Below, one piece after another: positions 25,301-39,089 of a stretch of 64,000 bases of DNA. The translations under genes and the position numbers were made by a program. The DNA lies in the NCBI RefSeq assembly GCF_000743755.1, contig NW_014569528.1, positions 1-64,000 on the forward strand, read 5' to 3'. This DNA comes from Blastocystis sp. subtype 4 (lineage: Eukaryota). The notes beneath the pieces were generated by a model, which saw only the letters and a list, made by a program, of their open reading frames with translations, was not told the origin of the DNA and searched no databases. How positions within the stretch are numbered: position 1 is the first letter of the stretch; each line of letters begins with the position of its first letter.

Positions 25301-27873
25301 GTGAATTGCATGAACCAAGGAATAGTTCTTGGCTCCAAATGTACTCTTATCAAGCACACCTCGCAATAATTCACATTCCTCCACCAACACAGCCTGTTCG
25401 CCCAACGGAGAGTTAGCAGCGATTCGGCCATTTCCCCAAGCCTTATCACTCACCTGAGCTGTTCCTTCATAGTTCATTCGAGGCAAATCGCCCACCAGAT
25501 TGATCAACAGTGAAGACACCACTTGTTTTCCTGTCCACAGTTGGACTGGCTTCAGAATCGTCGGAGGAAGCGTACGAACTACACGTTCTCGCTCTTTTGC
25601 ACCAAATCCCGCAATTGCCGTAAACAACAACTGATTGTACTCCTGACGACAAAGGAATGTGTCACGCTTCGTCAACAGGAATCCAGAGGCAACATGATCC
25701 TGAATCAAGCCTCGCAACGGAGATCCATCCTTTGCTGAAGCATATTGGTATTTGGCTCCTACAATATTGTATGCTTCCGAACGAGCTAACTCTCCCTGAG
25801 GGAAGTGAATGTTAATTTCATCTCCATCAAAATCTGCGTTGAATGTATTGCAGTTACTGTAATGCATACGAATTGTTTGACGCTTCGACTTCAGAATACG
25901 AGCACGCAATGCCATGATAGAAGCTTTGTGAAGAGTAGGTTGACGGTTCACTAACAGAATGTCACCTTCCAGCAGATTCCTCCACACACGCTTCATACGT
26001 ACATTTCCACTGTTATCTTTTGTCATAAGCATTTTTGCTAAGGCTTCACGCTGACCTCGATTCTTGAACTTGAGATCAATGAAGAAACCCTTATCATTCT
26101 CAATATAGCAGGCACCTGGATACATATCACGACCATTCACTACCAGCTGTCGTAATTCCTTCACATTGTTTGCAGTCACTGGTTCAGGATAGCAGAGCTC
26201 ACGAGCAAATCGAAGTGGAACTCCAACCTCATCAGTATCAATATAGGGATCAGGAGCAATCACCGAACGAGCAGCAAAATTCACTCGCTTTCCCATCATA
26301 TTCATACGGAACAAACCCTCCTTATGTTCCAACAACTGACGGATTCCCGAGGAGTTCTTGTTATTACGCGACTTGGCACTATCCACCAGGGAGTTGTATG
26401 CCTCCTGCATCGCAATCCAGTCTCGTAGTGCTGATTCGAATGTGTATCCAACAGCTTGATCCTTAGGCTTCGGAGTTGATGGATCCAGATCGTGTGCCAT
26501 CTGCTCCTTGGCTCCAATCTGCATCATACGATAATTAGCCTTAAGAATATCACTCAAGAAGACATTCTGAGGATGCTCGTAACTCTCACCATGTAGATGC
26601 TGAGGAGGACGGAAACGCGAAGGAGTTACAAGAATGGTTCGAACGAAAAAGATCTGATATCCATCGGTCTCATGTTCTGGATGCCCAGAGGGATTCTGGA
26701 GATATCCTGCTTCTGTCAATTGAGGATACCAGATAAGGTTGATGATCGAGTGTTCTTCCTTGTATAACAGACGCATTCGCATCTCCGCTTCCAGAGGAGG
26801 AATAAATTTGAGCTTCTCATTCCCTACTCCTTCCATGTCATCAGTCTCTCCTTGAGTAGCTTCCATCTCTCCTTCAGAACCAGTTCCCATATCCTCGCGT
26901 GAACCATCTCCCACTTCCTCTTCATTAAATTCATAACGAACGCCCTCCATCCGAGTCAACTAATCATCATTTCTCTCTTTCACACTTACCTCAGCCATCG
27001 TCACACTGTCCAATACACTCTGCATCTTAGTATTGGCGGCAGTGAACTGCTTACTCTTGTTCTTCACAGGAGCTTCAAACAGCTTTAAGAAGCCATCACG
27101 CACAATTGTCGGAGATGCAGCTCCACAATTCTCACACAGCTTTGGCATACTGAGGAGGAACTCACGAACCAGAGAATTAAATACCTCACGAGTATGCGTA
27201 AAGACCACTTCATGCTTTGGCTTACGCTTACAACTGCTAATTATCGCTTCGTATTTGTGAATTAACTTCTGTACGTTATAATTAAACACCAAACTCACCT
27301 CCCATTCAACGTCGTATTCATCACTATGCTTCAGACGTTGGTTCAGTTGATCAAACTCCTCCAAGAACTTGCGTTGCTCCAGCGTGTTTCCACTCTACAA
27401 TCAAGAATAACTCCCAACCCAACCAAAATCAAACGGAATTGAATCTCAAAACGCTTTACAGTATTCTTGTTCAACTTGAAGTGATGGCAATTGGGACAAC
27501 TGCAACGCAGGATCTTGATTAACAACGAGAATAGCATTGGATTATAGAGAGGTAACTCCAATTCAATATGGCCAAGATGACCAGGACAATCCTACCAATG
27601 AGACCAAAATACGAGAAACTTACATCAAATGTACGATAACAAGTAGGACACTTTACATGATAATCATTTGGACCCAAAGCAGGATCATAAAGACCACTAC
27701 AACTAACAAACTAGCAGAAACACGGACTCTGGCATTGGTTTTCCATCTCCATCAAAAGCCACAGGGCAGGAGATCTTCTTGACACTTAGTTTGCGAATTT
27801 CATCCGGAAAGTAGTAACCGAAATGAGTACGAGTGATCTCGTGTGTTAGAGGTGCTGCGATAACACTTTGCAT
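22322..27873 (-). CDS. RPA1: RNA polymerase I largest subunit
   Basis: NADFDGD, GKRVNFAARSVI, NRQPTLHK, GEPSTQMTLNTFH.AG, Pol I-type acidic expander; N-terminal Zn exons (CPGHLGHIEL); TGTTTGTT at 22300-22307. Confidence 0.97.
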
Positions 27874-28075
27874 GAAATTTGGATCCGAGGCACCTCTACA
27901 AAGATTTGAGTGGTGAATTTGGGGTTGAGGGGTCTTGGGGGTGAAAATATTGGGATCAAGGGGATTGATAATTTGGGATATGCTGATTTGATCTATTCTT
28001 TCATAGAAATCTGTTCCTCGTATACTCGGGATCAGAGATCGATTTACCTGTTATTCTATCATCCTTTATCTCCTC

Positions 28076-28897
28076 ATGGTACTTCTATTTCCTCTCTATT
28101 ATCTAGAATCGAAATGAATTGTTGGCCATATCTGGTCTGCGCTCTGATGGAAGGAAAACAGATGAAATTCGACGAGTTGCCTGTAGTTTAGGCACCTTTC
28201 ATGACTGTGATGGTTCAGCTTATTTAGAAATGGGAAATACCAAAATTCTTGCTGTCGTGTAAGTTTGTTCAATGCTACCTCTCATTCTGGTAGTTACGGC
28301 CCACGCGATGGAAACCACTTTGGCAGTGAGATGGATGAGTGTGCTTCGATTGAATGCGAAGTGACAATTGCTCCTTTCTCTCAAATGGATCATAAGATGT
28401 TTGGGAAGAATAGTCGATCTTGTGTTGAGTATTCTCTTGCAATGCGTCGTTGTTTTGAACAAGTAGTGATGACTTCACTCTATCCTCGTTCCCTAATTCG
28501 TATTAGTTGTACCATTCTTCAATCTGATGGAGGCGAATTGTCTGGTCTATTGAATGCTTCTTTGCTGGCTTTAGTAGATGCAGGGATTGCAGTTCGTGAT
28601 TTTCAAGTGTCACTGGAAGTGGGATATATGGACAATTCGATTCTGTTAGATATGAATCGGACCGAAAGCAGGTTGAATGGTATTGTGCTAACTGTGGCTT
28701 ATCTACCCAAATATGACAAATTCACACTGGTAACAATGGATAATAACATTCCTTTAGAATTATTCCAAGTGGAAATGAAGAAAGGAAGTGATGTATAGGA
28801 CATTTTGACTACTGCTAAAGAAGGATGCAAACAAGTATATGCGATCTTAAGTGAAGATGTATTGGAACATGCCAAGAAGATGAATGAACGTATGTGA
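28076..28897 (+). CDS. RRP41: Exosome complex component RRP41 (RNase PH family)
   Basis: ATG microexon, then GLRSDGRKTDEIR, DGSAYLEMGNTKILAV.YGP, LYPRSLI.I...ILQSDGG, ALVDAGI. Confidence 0.92.
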
Positions 28898-28961
28898 AAC
28901 ATGAAGAGATTCAATCTTATTTATCATTTCTTTGTTCAAGATTAACAAACTACACATACAA

Positions 28962-31900
28962 CTACATAATTTCCCTTCCAGTATTCAAATACCATTTTAC
29001 GGTTACCCAAACTCCATCAGCTTTCTCTCCTTCAGCCCTTTTCCTTCCGTTATTATAGTACTCAACACAATGGCCATTTGCCTCACCATCCTTCAATACC
29101 TCCACCGTTCGTTTACGACACAACTCTGGATTGTTAAGAAGTACCTCATTTCGACCAATTGGATAGAACGTCTCTTTCGTGATCTCCTTCTCCTTTGTAT
29201 CTGAGATGGTAATCCTGTTATAACTCTTCAAATCACCGAATAGAGTATACTTCTTCCATGTAAACTCCTGAATATCACTATCATACAAAGCCTTTTTCAT
29301 GATCTCTTCCTTTGATAGTTGATACACATATCCGTCATTCAATGCATGCATATCTTCATATTCCTCTTTCATTTTATCATATGCAGTCACTGAGTGAATC
29401 TCTGATACCAAATGAGAAGTCTTTCCATACTTCAAGATTTGACGTTTCACATGTGATATTTCACTCTTAGATACATGAATTGGCTTCCAATTAATATACG
29501 TGCAATCCAATTTGTGAGTCTCCTTATACTGCTTATTCAAAGTAGCTCTCTGGTACACATGATCAGGAACGATTTGATTGTTTGTTATTAGTTTACCATT
29601 ATCAAATGTCACCTTAGCAAAGAAGAGATTTCGATAAAATAACTGACTCTTTCCATCATACTTTCCATTTCGAATTAACCCTTCATATATCAACTCACCT
29701 TTACTGTCAAATTCATAAGATACACGCAAATGACCATTCTCATCATATAAGGATTGAGTACGAATAACTCCATTCGCGTAGAAGCAATTCTTAAAGACAT
29801 TCTTTCCATTCTTTACAACTCCTTCAGATAACAATTGACCGTTTGAATAATATCTCTGCCAATAACCTGTTAATTTGTCATCAACATATTCTTCTTTCTT
29901 TGCTAACTGACCATCTTCAAAATATTGTAATCTCATTCCAGATCGTTTGTTATTACAATATGCAGAAATCTCTTTTATTGCTCCACTTGGGTAATAGTAA
30001 GTTATCCTTCCATTTCGAAGTCCATTCAGATACTCACCATATGATACCAATACATCATCCAAGGAGTATCGATGGAACATTCCAGTCATTCGATGATCCA
30101 ACCAAATACCCACATACTTCGAATTCCGATAAACCTTTGTACGAGTATTGACATTTAATTTGGAGTGATAGAAAGCAATTCGTTTGTTCAATTGTGTGAT
30201 CCAGACATCATACTCACTTGCAGGTAACATCTTGGGTGAAATCACATATCTCTCAGCCTCGGCCAGCAAATCACGATCATTCGCACACTGTTGCTGAAGA
30301 TCAGGATTCGATGAACACGAATTCACAAAGCCTTGAAGTTCACGATACGACACTTCCAAATCATGATGTGCTTTCTGGCATTTGTGTAATTCTGTGCTAT
30401 TCTCGACAAACACTCTCACAAAATCTGCACCTTCCTTCAAAATTGTTGCCCCTACAACTTAATTCATAACAATTCCTCTACAGTCATGATCTGTTCCAGT
30501 TGGTAACGAAACTTCACTGCTAATAGCAAACTTGTCTTCAACAGGATCCGTAGGCTTATATCCACAAACATCCATTGTTATCTCTTGTGTATCGTTCTTC
30601 AAACAGACCTGTTCAGGTGTACATACAATCTGTTTCTCCACAAGATACTTCTGAGCAAACAGAGTACAACCACGAGAACAAGCTTCTTCCATATTCATTG
30701 TGTTACTGATACGATCCACGTTGTGACCGTTATGCTGAACAGCTTCCAGTAACTTTGTACGGAACAGAGGAATACGCATACTGCTACCACTCACTTCAAC
30801 CACATCAATCTGAAGATCTGAGGCACATTCTTCGATGGTTGTAAATACAAAATGATAGAATCGTTCAATCAAATCCCCTCTTTCTTTACATGCCATCTCC
30901 ATATCCTCCTTTGTCACCATTCCTTCTGCATCTTCATCGTCAACAATACGTTCCACATTATAGGAAGCATCCTCGGCACCTGCTGCTGATAAGTCCTCCT
31001 TCACTTTCTCTGCAGCAGTACGTAGTTTGAACTCTGTAATAGCAGTTTGAGGTATTTCCATATCCAAATATTCACCTGCTTGTTTCCGAATCAACTCTGC
31101 TATTGCCATATCCACATTTTGACCTCCCATATTATCATACTTGGATTTCAAGACTGTCATACCCTCCTATGGATCATTATCCATCTATCTATCCTCACAT
31201 TCGTGAAACGTACCAAAGTCAAGGCCGTACAGTAAGTACCCATCTCACAGAACAACACAATACGCCCTCCATCAGGGAATTCTCCATGTTTGGCCTTGAA
31301 ATAGCCATACTCCAGGGCCACAGCCACATTTTCAGGTACGAATGTTACAGTACCCAGTTGACTCAAAGTAAGTGCAGCTTCTATACCACGCACGTTCGAG
31401 TCACTGTAATAGACAGGGATCTAATCATCACTCTCCTCACTTAAATGTACAGAAATGACCATAGGAAGTTGATTACTTCGGACCTCATCCATCTTCATAG
31501 GAAACTCATCGTAGGAGATAGTATCCGGCATAAAGGAACGGTAGTACACGTATTGAAGAATAATACTCAATGCAGTCTCGCTATCGACTTGATACTTAGC
31601 ATTATGATAGGTTATAGGAAAGCAAGCTCGTCTAGTATCACTTATTACAGCTTTTTCCGAAGTACTAGCCGAGTAGTGATCATTACTCCCAATAATGGGT
31701 TTATATCCCCAAATATAGTTGGCAAAATTAATAATAATCTACACATTCATTCTACCATGAAAACAAACATTTGCACTTCGCTGATCACAAACATTAAAAA
31801 GAAGACCCTTAAAATTCAATCGAGCCCTATAAATTAGAGAACGAGCGAAAATAAGTACGGAATTGCTCTTTGGCCACGATTACTCTCAATGCTCTCTGCT

Positions 31901-31986
31901 CCCACTCCTGACGCAGAATGTGTGTTTGCATTCCATTTACAGATTCGGATTGATGAGTTTCCAAGATCTACGCCGATTGCACTCAT
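28962..31986 (-). CDS. Divergent Hsp70/Hsp110-type nucleotide-binding domain fused to MORN-variant (YwqK-like) repeats
   Basis: MSAIGVDLGNSS, IPVYYSD, ENVAVALEYG, MGGQNVD, AAEKVKEDLSA, VEVSGSSMRIP, NMEEACSRGC; 30-nt in-frame intron 30452-30481 joins to YYPSGAIKE/YFEDGQLAK/YYSNGQLLSEG repeats. Confidence 0.75.
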
Positions 31987-32149
31987 ATACGAAAGAGTTT
32001 TGACCAGTTAGTACTTACTGGGAATTGGGGCAGCCGAAAAGTGATGCCCAAATTGTTTAAACGGATGCTTATAGGATTATCATATGTGAATTATGTATTG
32101 GAGATAACGACTTTCTCTTCTCGACACATAATGATAATCGCATCATGGA

Positions 32150-33527
32150 TCATTAACACTTTCCCCAGAACCCGCTATAACTTGTCTATTCTACAAACAA
32201 TTCACTAAACAACGATAATCAATACAAATGATCTGGATCCAACACAATCTGTTCTGGTTTCAACTTATCAAGCAACTTCTGCACATTCCTCTCTCTCCTC
32301 TGCTTCTTTGTTTCAAATGGATTCAATTCAAATGTATCGAGATTGGCCTCTCCAGCTCCAGGAATCACCATAGACTGAATACCATTATCATACCCTAAGA
32401 CCAACTGATCCTCAAAAGGACGAAAAGCCATATTCTGTAACTTGTGTCCAGAGATTGACTCTGACATATATGGAGCCGAAATCTTCTGTGAAAATACTCC
32501 TGTATAGGACTTAACCACAGCTCCCACTCCCATCGACAATACATTCGTCTGAGATAAAGCCATTGCATGAATAGGAACAGGCATCGTGTAATCATACAAC
32601 TGCTCATAGGTTCGTAAATCCCAAATCTTCACTGTACTATCCATACCACTCGTCACTAAATACTTCCCCTCTAAATCTACTGCTGCTGAGAGAATCGACC
32701 CTCTGTGACAGAACATTGTCACCAAAGGCTTTGGCTGATTGGGAGACCACATACTTATCTGTCCACGATTGCTTCCAACTAAAATGACAGCGTTATGGGG
32801 ATTCTGAATCATACATGACGCTCTTCCCAGTCCTGTACGCTTTGTATTTACTGTCTCTCCTGTAGAGACATCCAAGTAACGTAAATCACCCATTTCTGAC
32901 ATACTAACTAACAGATAATGATAAGGAAGGAATTCCAAGTGACGAGGACGCAGAGTCGAACGCATGCAGTGTAGTTCAGTTCCTTGACTGTCATAGATAT
33001 GAAGGTACTTGGTTTGAGCCATTGCAAAAACATCCCAATCATGAAGAAACTGCAAATCATATAAACGATCATCGACGTGAAACTCACATACCAAATCTTG
33101 CTTCAAGGCATCCATCTACATCACAGTCTCTTCACAATCCTACCATTGCAATGTGGCCCTTTTCTCCACTTAGTAGCAGGTGTCTTCCTGGCCGATCAAA
33201 CTGAATTTGGTAGGGTCCAAATTGGTCCAAAGTTAACGAAAACATCTTCCGCTTGGTGTTCAAATCCACTTCCTTTTTCATCTTCTTCTGTGTCATTTGA
33301 TATGTCTTTTCCATTCCTTCTGCTTCAATATAACCACCTCCTTCTGTTTTCAGGATTTGCACATTCTTGTTATCAAACAAGGCACTTGCGATTGTTTCAT
33401 TTCGAAGCTCCTCCCGTTTCTTCAGAATCTTTGATTTCGTCCACTACATCGATGATTGTGATTCTTCTTGTCATACCTTTCCATTCGTAATCTTTCCATC
33501 CTTTTTCGTATTTTCTTTAGGTGGCAT
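32150..33527 (-). CDS. UTP7: U3 snoRNA-associated protein UTP7/WDR46 (WD40 plus BING4CT)
   Basis: YIEAEGMEKTY, LEFLPYHYLL, QNPHNAVI, FRPFEDQL, PGAGEANLDTFELNPFETKKQRRE; 3' end approximate. Confidence 0.92.
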
Positions 33528-33697
33528 CGTGGCTATTTGAGGTGATCAACAGATACTATTGGATTTTGGATTTGCAGACTTTGGAACGAAAAGTGGAATC
33601 ACTGTTATTCCCAGTTTCTGACATCCTTGTTTTCCCTCTGAAACTGGAATTGCAAATTTACTAGAAATCGCAAAACTGAGAAGGAACCTCAATCGAT

Positions 33698-36600
33698 ATG
33701 GAAAATCGAGCAGATGAACAATCAGTCCTGGATGCCCTATCAGCAATGCAAAAGAATGATACCCAGAGTATTCAAGCAGCTGGGAACTATCTGATGCAAG
33801 TAATGGAACAGCCAGTCAATCTAGAAGTCTTCTTTTCCATCCTGAGCAAATCTTTTCCTCCCTATGTAGTGATAACTCCTCCGTTTACTTTATAGGAAAG
33901 GCAGTTGTGTTCGCTATTCTGCAGGAAGATGATAATATCATTCTATTCAAAGTTTGAACCTCAGGTTAGAGACAACTGTTTTCTTTTTTTGTTCCATTTA
34001 TGGATAGTAAAATCATCTTCACTGGCTCTTTTGGCGAGAGAAACCAATGTCGGAGTTCGTCGAGGTATTTGTGGAATGATCTCAGCTATTGCCCTCCTTG
34101 AGTTTTCCAACGGAGAATGGAATGAAGTGAAACAAGTGATTTTACAGGTATTTTTTCAATGTGTCAATCTCATGGTAGGATATTCAGAGTAATGATAGTC
34201 ACGTTCGTGAGAATGCTATGCTTCTTTTATTCTCACTTGGTACTTATGCTTCGCATGCATTTTCTAGTGATGAATTGAATAGTCTCCTCCAACGAGGTAT
34301 TTCGGATCCAGACAAAGAAGTCTTTCTAATGTCACTCAAAGCATATTGTAATATTGCCTCCTACTTAGTAGTCGAAATGAATGCCTCCATTCTCTCTCCA
34401 ACAACATATACATGTGCTCTTCTCCTTGAACCATGTTCCAAAGAACATGATATTGATTCTTTCCTTCTACTAACCCATACTTTTGGAGATTTGTTAACGG
34501 GAAATTGCTTATCTCATGAAATAGTCCGTGGCGTTGTATGGATTTGTGTTGATGTATTTCTCCTATCTTTGTATCATTTCTAGGTCTTTGGTAATCCTGA
34601 AGAACCATTTGTGATGCGAAATGCTGCTAAAGGTTACATTATTCAAGTGTTAGATCACAATGGAGTCTTCCTTGAAGAAGACGAAAATGTGAATCATCTT
34701 TATCAAGTTATCTTCAATACATTAAGTGAGGGAGCAGAAGAAGATGCATCAGAAGAAGATGAATTGCCATGTATTCTAAGTGAGATGATTCTTGATGCTC
34801 TTGGTTCAAACTTTACTGCTCAGTATATTTCATTCTTATCATTCATTTATAGACATGTTGCTGATGTTGTGATAGAAGAAGCACAAAGACGTTTACAATC
34901 ATCAGATTGGCATGATCGACGTACGGCTCTAACTTCAATGCTTGTTGTAATGGAATACACTTGTGACTATTTCAAACCCATTCTCAACAAGCTCTTACCA
35001 ACACTTCGGTGTTTTCTACGTGATCCTATTCCTTCGGTTCGTCGAAAAGCGGCCTTTTTCTTTTCAGAATGTGGATACTACTGTGAAGAACCTTTCATGG
35101 AAGCAGCACCTTGGATTGTGACAGATATCCAAGAGGTTCACTCTTATGGATTGAGATGATAATAAGATGCTTAGTAGTTCACAAGAATTTGATGTATTAA
35201 GCTCCTTGTATATTCTTGAAACAGTTGCTCCATGGATTGTGAATATGAATTCATCAACTGGGGTAACTCTCATTGTTCTGATTCATTTTCTCTATTATTG
35301 GTAGGATATACTTTCTATGATTGTTGCAAATGCATCTCAAATCAAAACAAAAACAATGGCTCTTCTATCGATTCTAAGTGTTGTTGAAAAATTAGGTAAA
35401 GACTCTTCAGAGAGACTGGTAGTATTCATTCTGTTTTATTCCCTCTAGTCGCTTCTTACTCAAATGATCTATGCTATGGTAATGTCTCCACTCACTCCCG
35501 AGACAGTAGATCTTCATGGACATTCATTGGAACTTCTTACGACTCTGTTAGACATCTTTGGATATGATTGTATGAATGAGAATTTGGATAATCTCATTCA
35601 ACATTTGTGTCACTTTGTAGGAATGGATTTATCATTCGATACATTCATTTTCCCATTTCTTTTGAAAGTTATGGTTATAGGTGAGCAATCTTCCTCTCCT
35701 CGCCTTCAATTATTCCTTAATGAATTTAGTTCATTCATTCCTATTCTTGAGAATAGTGTATACGGCTACTCTGAGTATGTTGATGCTGATGTCCCGAAGG
35801 CTGATGCTGAGTTCGGGTCTCTTGGTAATGACCTCTCTGTTCAGTCTCCTGAAGCTTACTCTCTTGTTACTGTGGATAGTGGACAAGCTGAACATAAGGC
35901 TTCGGCTTTAGATACTCTGATAGCCATATATGAGAATCAAGCGAAACGAGAACAGCTTGAAGATGAGAAGAAACAACGTATGATGTCATGTCTAGTAAGT
36001 TTATCTCAGCACAGTAATCTGACGATTCGTCATCATGCTGTAGGAAGGAGTAGATCATGCTTATTTTGTAGTATAAAGCAACCATTATTCTCATGCGTAT
36101 TGTATATCACGAAGAACAACGTGATTTTGGTAGTATTGTAAGACTTAATGTAGGTCATTATACGTAGCAAGAAGATGGAGCTACAGTACGATTTGCTCTA
36201 ATCCTTCTTCGTCTTTATCGTCAACAATTGGATATGGAAACAGATCTGGAAATGGTTGGAGATATATTGTATGTCCTCGAGATGATTTCTACGATTGTTC
36301 AGACTCCATTCTATGAGTTTGGTATGAAGGACCTACTTGTTGTTCTTTCAACACTCTTTGAATATAATGTGACCTCTGTATCTTCTTTTCATTCTATAGT
36401 ATCCTTGTCAAGAGGACTTTATTAATGATACTACGTACTCTCCGATTGCCTGTACTTGTCCTCCCGTTGTCCAAGGCCTCGCCTTACTAGAGGTGATCCT
36501 TCGGTCATATAACACCATATCACATTTGCTTCCTCTAAAGATCCTTCAACAGTTCTGGAATCAATTATGTCGACTTCTCTCGTTGGAATTGGAGGGACGA

Positions 36601-37284
36601 TTCATTGCCTCGATTCTTCACTACTGCTGTGTGCTGATGGAAACGACACAAGAGAAAGCAGAATATATTCTTCCTACACTCTCTTCGGTCCTTCAACAGT
36701 CCATTGATGCAGCCAGTGAAGAAGTTCGTGCTGAATCGTGTCGTTGTTATGGATGGTGCTGTCAATCATTCCCTACTGTTAGATTGGATCATTCAATTCA
36801 TTGTTAGAAGATTACATCTTCACTTGGTTTCATCCTACAAGGGATTCTTCGAGCAATGCAGAAACGAGAAGGAGATGTAGCTATGATGTGTGGAATGGAC
36901 TGTAGACAGGACTTGTAGTAGATGTAGCAACAGGAGCAATGAATCGGATTCTGAAGAATGTGATTGATGCTCCTAAACAGGATCTCTTCATCAAAGTTTT
37001 AGATAACCTTCCCCCTTCAAAGGATGCAACAGATGCAGAGTCAATTTATAAGACTATCTTCGATATGTATACGAATCGAGGAGAGTTGTTCAAACAAGTA
37101 GCACAACCGTTAATTGCTGCATTGATTCGATCTCTAATGAAAGGTTCGATTCTCTCAGACGAATTAAAGCAGAGTATTAAGGAGTGTCTAACACTAATGA
37201 ATCAGGAAGACCCTCAAGGTTTCTATGCGATTGTTTCGGGATTGGGAGAGGAGGCAACGAATTTCATGGCTTCCCTCTTATCTT
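33698..37284 (+). CDS. Importin-beta family karyopherin (importin-4/5-like HEAT repeats), many exons
   Basis: IQAAGNYL N-terminus, LQSSDWHDRRTAL, LRDPIPSVRRKAAFF.SE HEAT repeats, LPPSKDATD; stop predicted from T37284 + poly(A). Confidence 0.8.
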
Positions 37285-37288
37285 TCCA

Positions 37289-37296
37289 TGTTTGTT
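37289..37296 (+). terminator. TGTTTGTT polyadenylation element, importin gene
   Basis: TTA TCT T|TCCA|TGTTTGTT. Confidence 0.85.
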
Positions 37297-37370
37297 ATCA
37301 AATATAAAGGTGAATTCTTTTTTGCTGTATAGGGGCTCATTAATGCGGTTGATCCCATTTAATCGTCTAG

Positions 37371-38376
37371 ATGAAGGAAGTATTACCTTTTTCAGATGAT
37401 AAAAACTAGATTCCAGTTACGAAATGCCTTCAACTTGCTGTTACCGATGACATCATTCCTTCATGTATTGTGACTACAGATATTGATTCTAGTGAAGTGG
37501 AAGATGTTATCATGGGAAGTAGCAGTGGTACAATCCATGCAATTCGCGTGATTCCTTGTAATATGATTGATAGATTAGATCGATGGAAAACCAAGTGCAA
37601 TCAAACCATTAGTTGGAATTGGGAGATTGTCTTCCATGACTGTCTATCAACATGAGGGATATCCTTCTATTTTCGCTTGTACAGTAGATGGTTATTGTAA
37701 TATTATCTCTTACAAGAAAAATGAACAAGGAGGAGAACTCATTGTCACCTCTAAAGTGGATATATGTTTGAACACTCAGATTATTCGAATTTTCTATCGA
37801 CAGCGGAATTATGCTGTTGTAGGAACAGAAGATGGTCTTGTTGCTGTATATGAGATCCAGAAGGATGGCTTTCTGAATATGGGTAGCGTAAGTCTATCTG
37901 GAACAGTAATAGATATTGCCCAGAGTGATTGTCCTAATTGTCTATTACATTTGCTAATTTCCTGTGAGGGGAGCTTCTGTTACGAAGTTGAAGTATCCTC
38001 AGCAAATCATAATGAAGATTCAGTAACGATAAGCAAGGAAATCCAAAAACCTACCGCTTGTGATTCTATCGACTATGGTCATATAATGTGGCTTTATAGT
38101 AACCAGTGTATCCATTGTAGCTGTGAAGGGATTGTGAAGTGCTGTGCTGTGAACTGGAAGCAATATTGTTTTCTCCTTCTCCTAAAGGAAGACCATTCAC
38201 TCTATCTCCATAGCAATAACGAAGAATATAGGATTGATGTACTTGACGCGATTTTTGACTTCAATGTGCAACTCCTAATCGATAACACGTCTATGCCTCG
38301 GATCATCCTAATATGTCGCGATTCTAACTGTTTCACCTTCTATACAGATGTTCTTCAGTATTATCCATATTTGTAA
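37371..38376 (+). CDS. ITFG2-like beta-propeller (KICSTOR subunit-like)
   Basis: Spliced MKE/IPVTKCLQLAVTDDIIPSCIVTTDIDSSEVEDVIMGSSSGTI resembles the ITFG2 N-terminus (recalled by eye); TAA then TCCA-TGTTTGTC. Confidence 0.55.
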
Positions 38377-38487
38377 TCCATGTTTGTCGAAGCACACTTT
38401 GATGAGAGGAAAATGACACCAAACTCTGGGTGAGTTGGTGTCATTTTTGGCTTGAATCCATTTATAACTCAAATGAAACAAACTGGA

Positions 38488-39089
38488 ATGATCCATAATG
38501 TCATTGTGACAAATGACAATGGTACTATCCTTCTTTCAGCGTACACTTTGAGATGAAAGCAATGAATACTAGATATTGGGACGGATCTACCCCCACAGAG
38601 AGAGGAAAGTTTGAACATGATCTCTATTTGCAAACCCGACCTGAGTGGATAGAAATCAAGCCTCCTAAGGACGATGTAGATAAGTATGATCAGTTTAAAC
38701 CGCATGTTTCACTTGTAAAGTGAATTCTTCTTTCTTTTTGTAAGATGTAGTAACAAGTGTGTAGTCTACCAGAAAGCGAATGATGTTGTTTTCTTTATTA
38801 CAGGAAGTGGTGAATATACCGAGTTGATTTGTATGTTACTGATATTGTGTTTCATGAGTAGTAAGTGAGATTTTGACTGTAATTATGAATGGTTTTGTGG
38901 CTATGTGCCCGAAGAAGCAATTGTGGTGCCGAGAATTTGCCAATGATAACACTTTTGGAAAGATGGTCGCTATGTTGGATCAGATTATATATATGGTATG
39001 AACAGAGTCATGGAATTATGTTGTAGGGCCAATATTGTCAGTCAGATATCGTTGTTGCTGATGGTCGTGCTAAGATGAAGAGTATATAA
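38488..39089 (+). CDS. Longin-fold small adaptin subunit, TSPOON/LOLITA-like (TSET), multi-exon
   Basis: MIHNVIVTNDNGTILL...VFFITGSGEYTELILSEI...FGKMVAMLDQII..G...KMKSI*; GEYxEL fits TSPOON better than zeta-COP ENEL; not in the ORF track because of introns. Confidence 0.7.

Noticed and set aside
31762..31769. TGTTTGTT near the 5' end of the Hsp70-like gene as a premature poly(A) site
   Set aside because: It is formed by the last exon base plus the intron donor (T/GTTTGTT), and cleavage there would not create an in-frame stop
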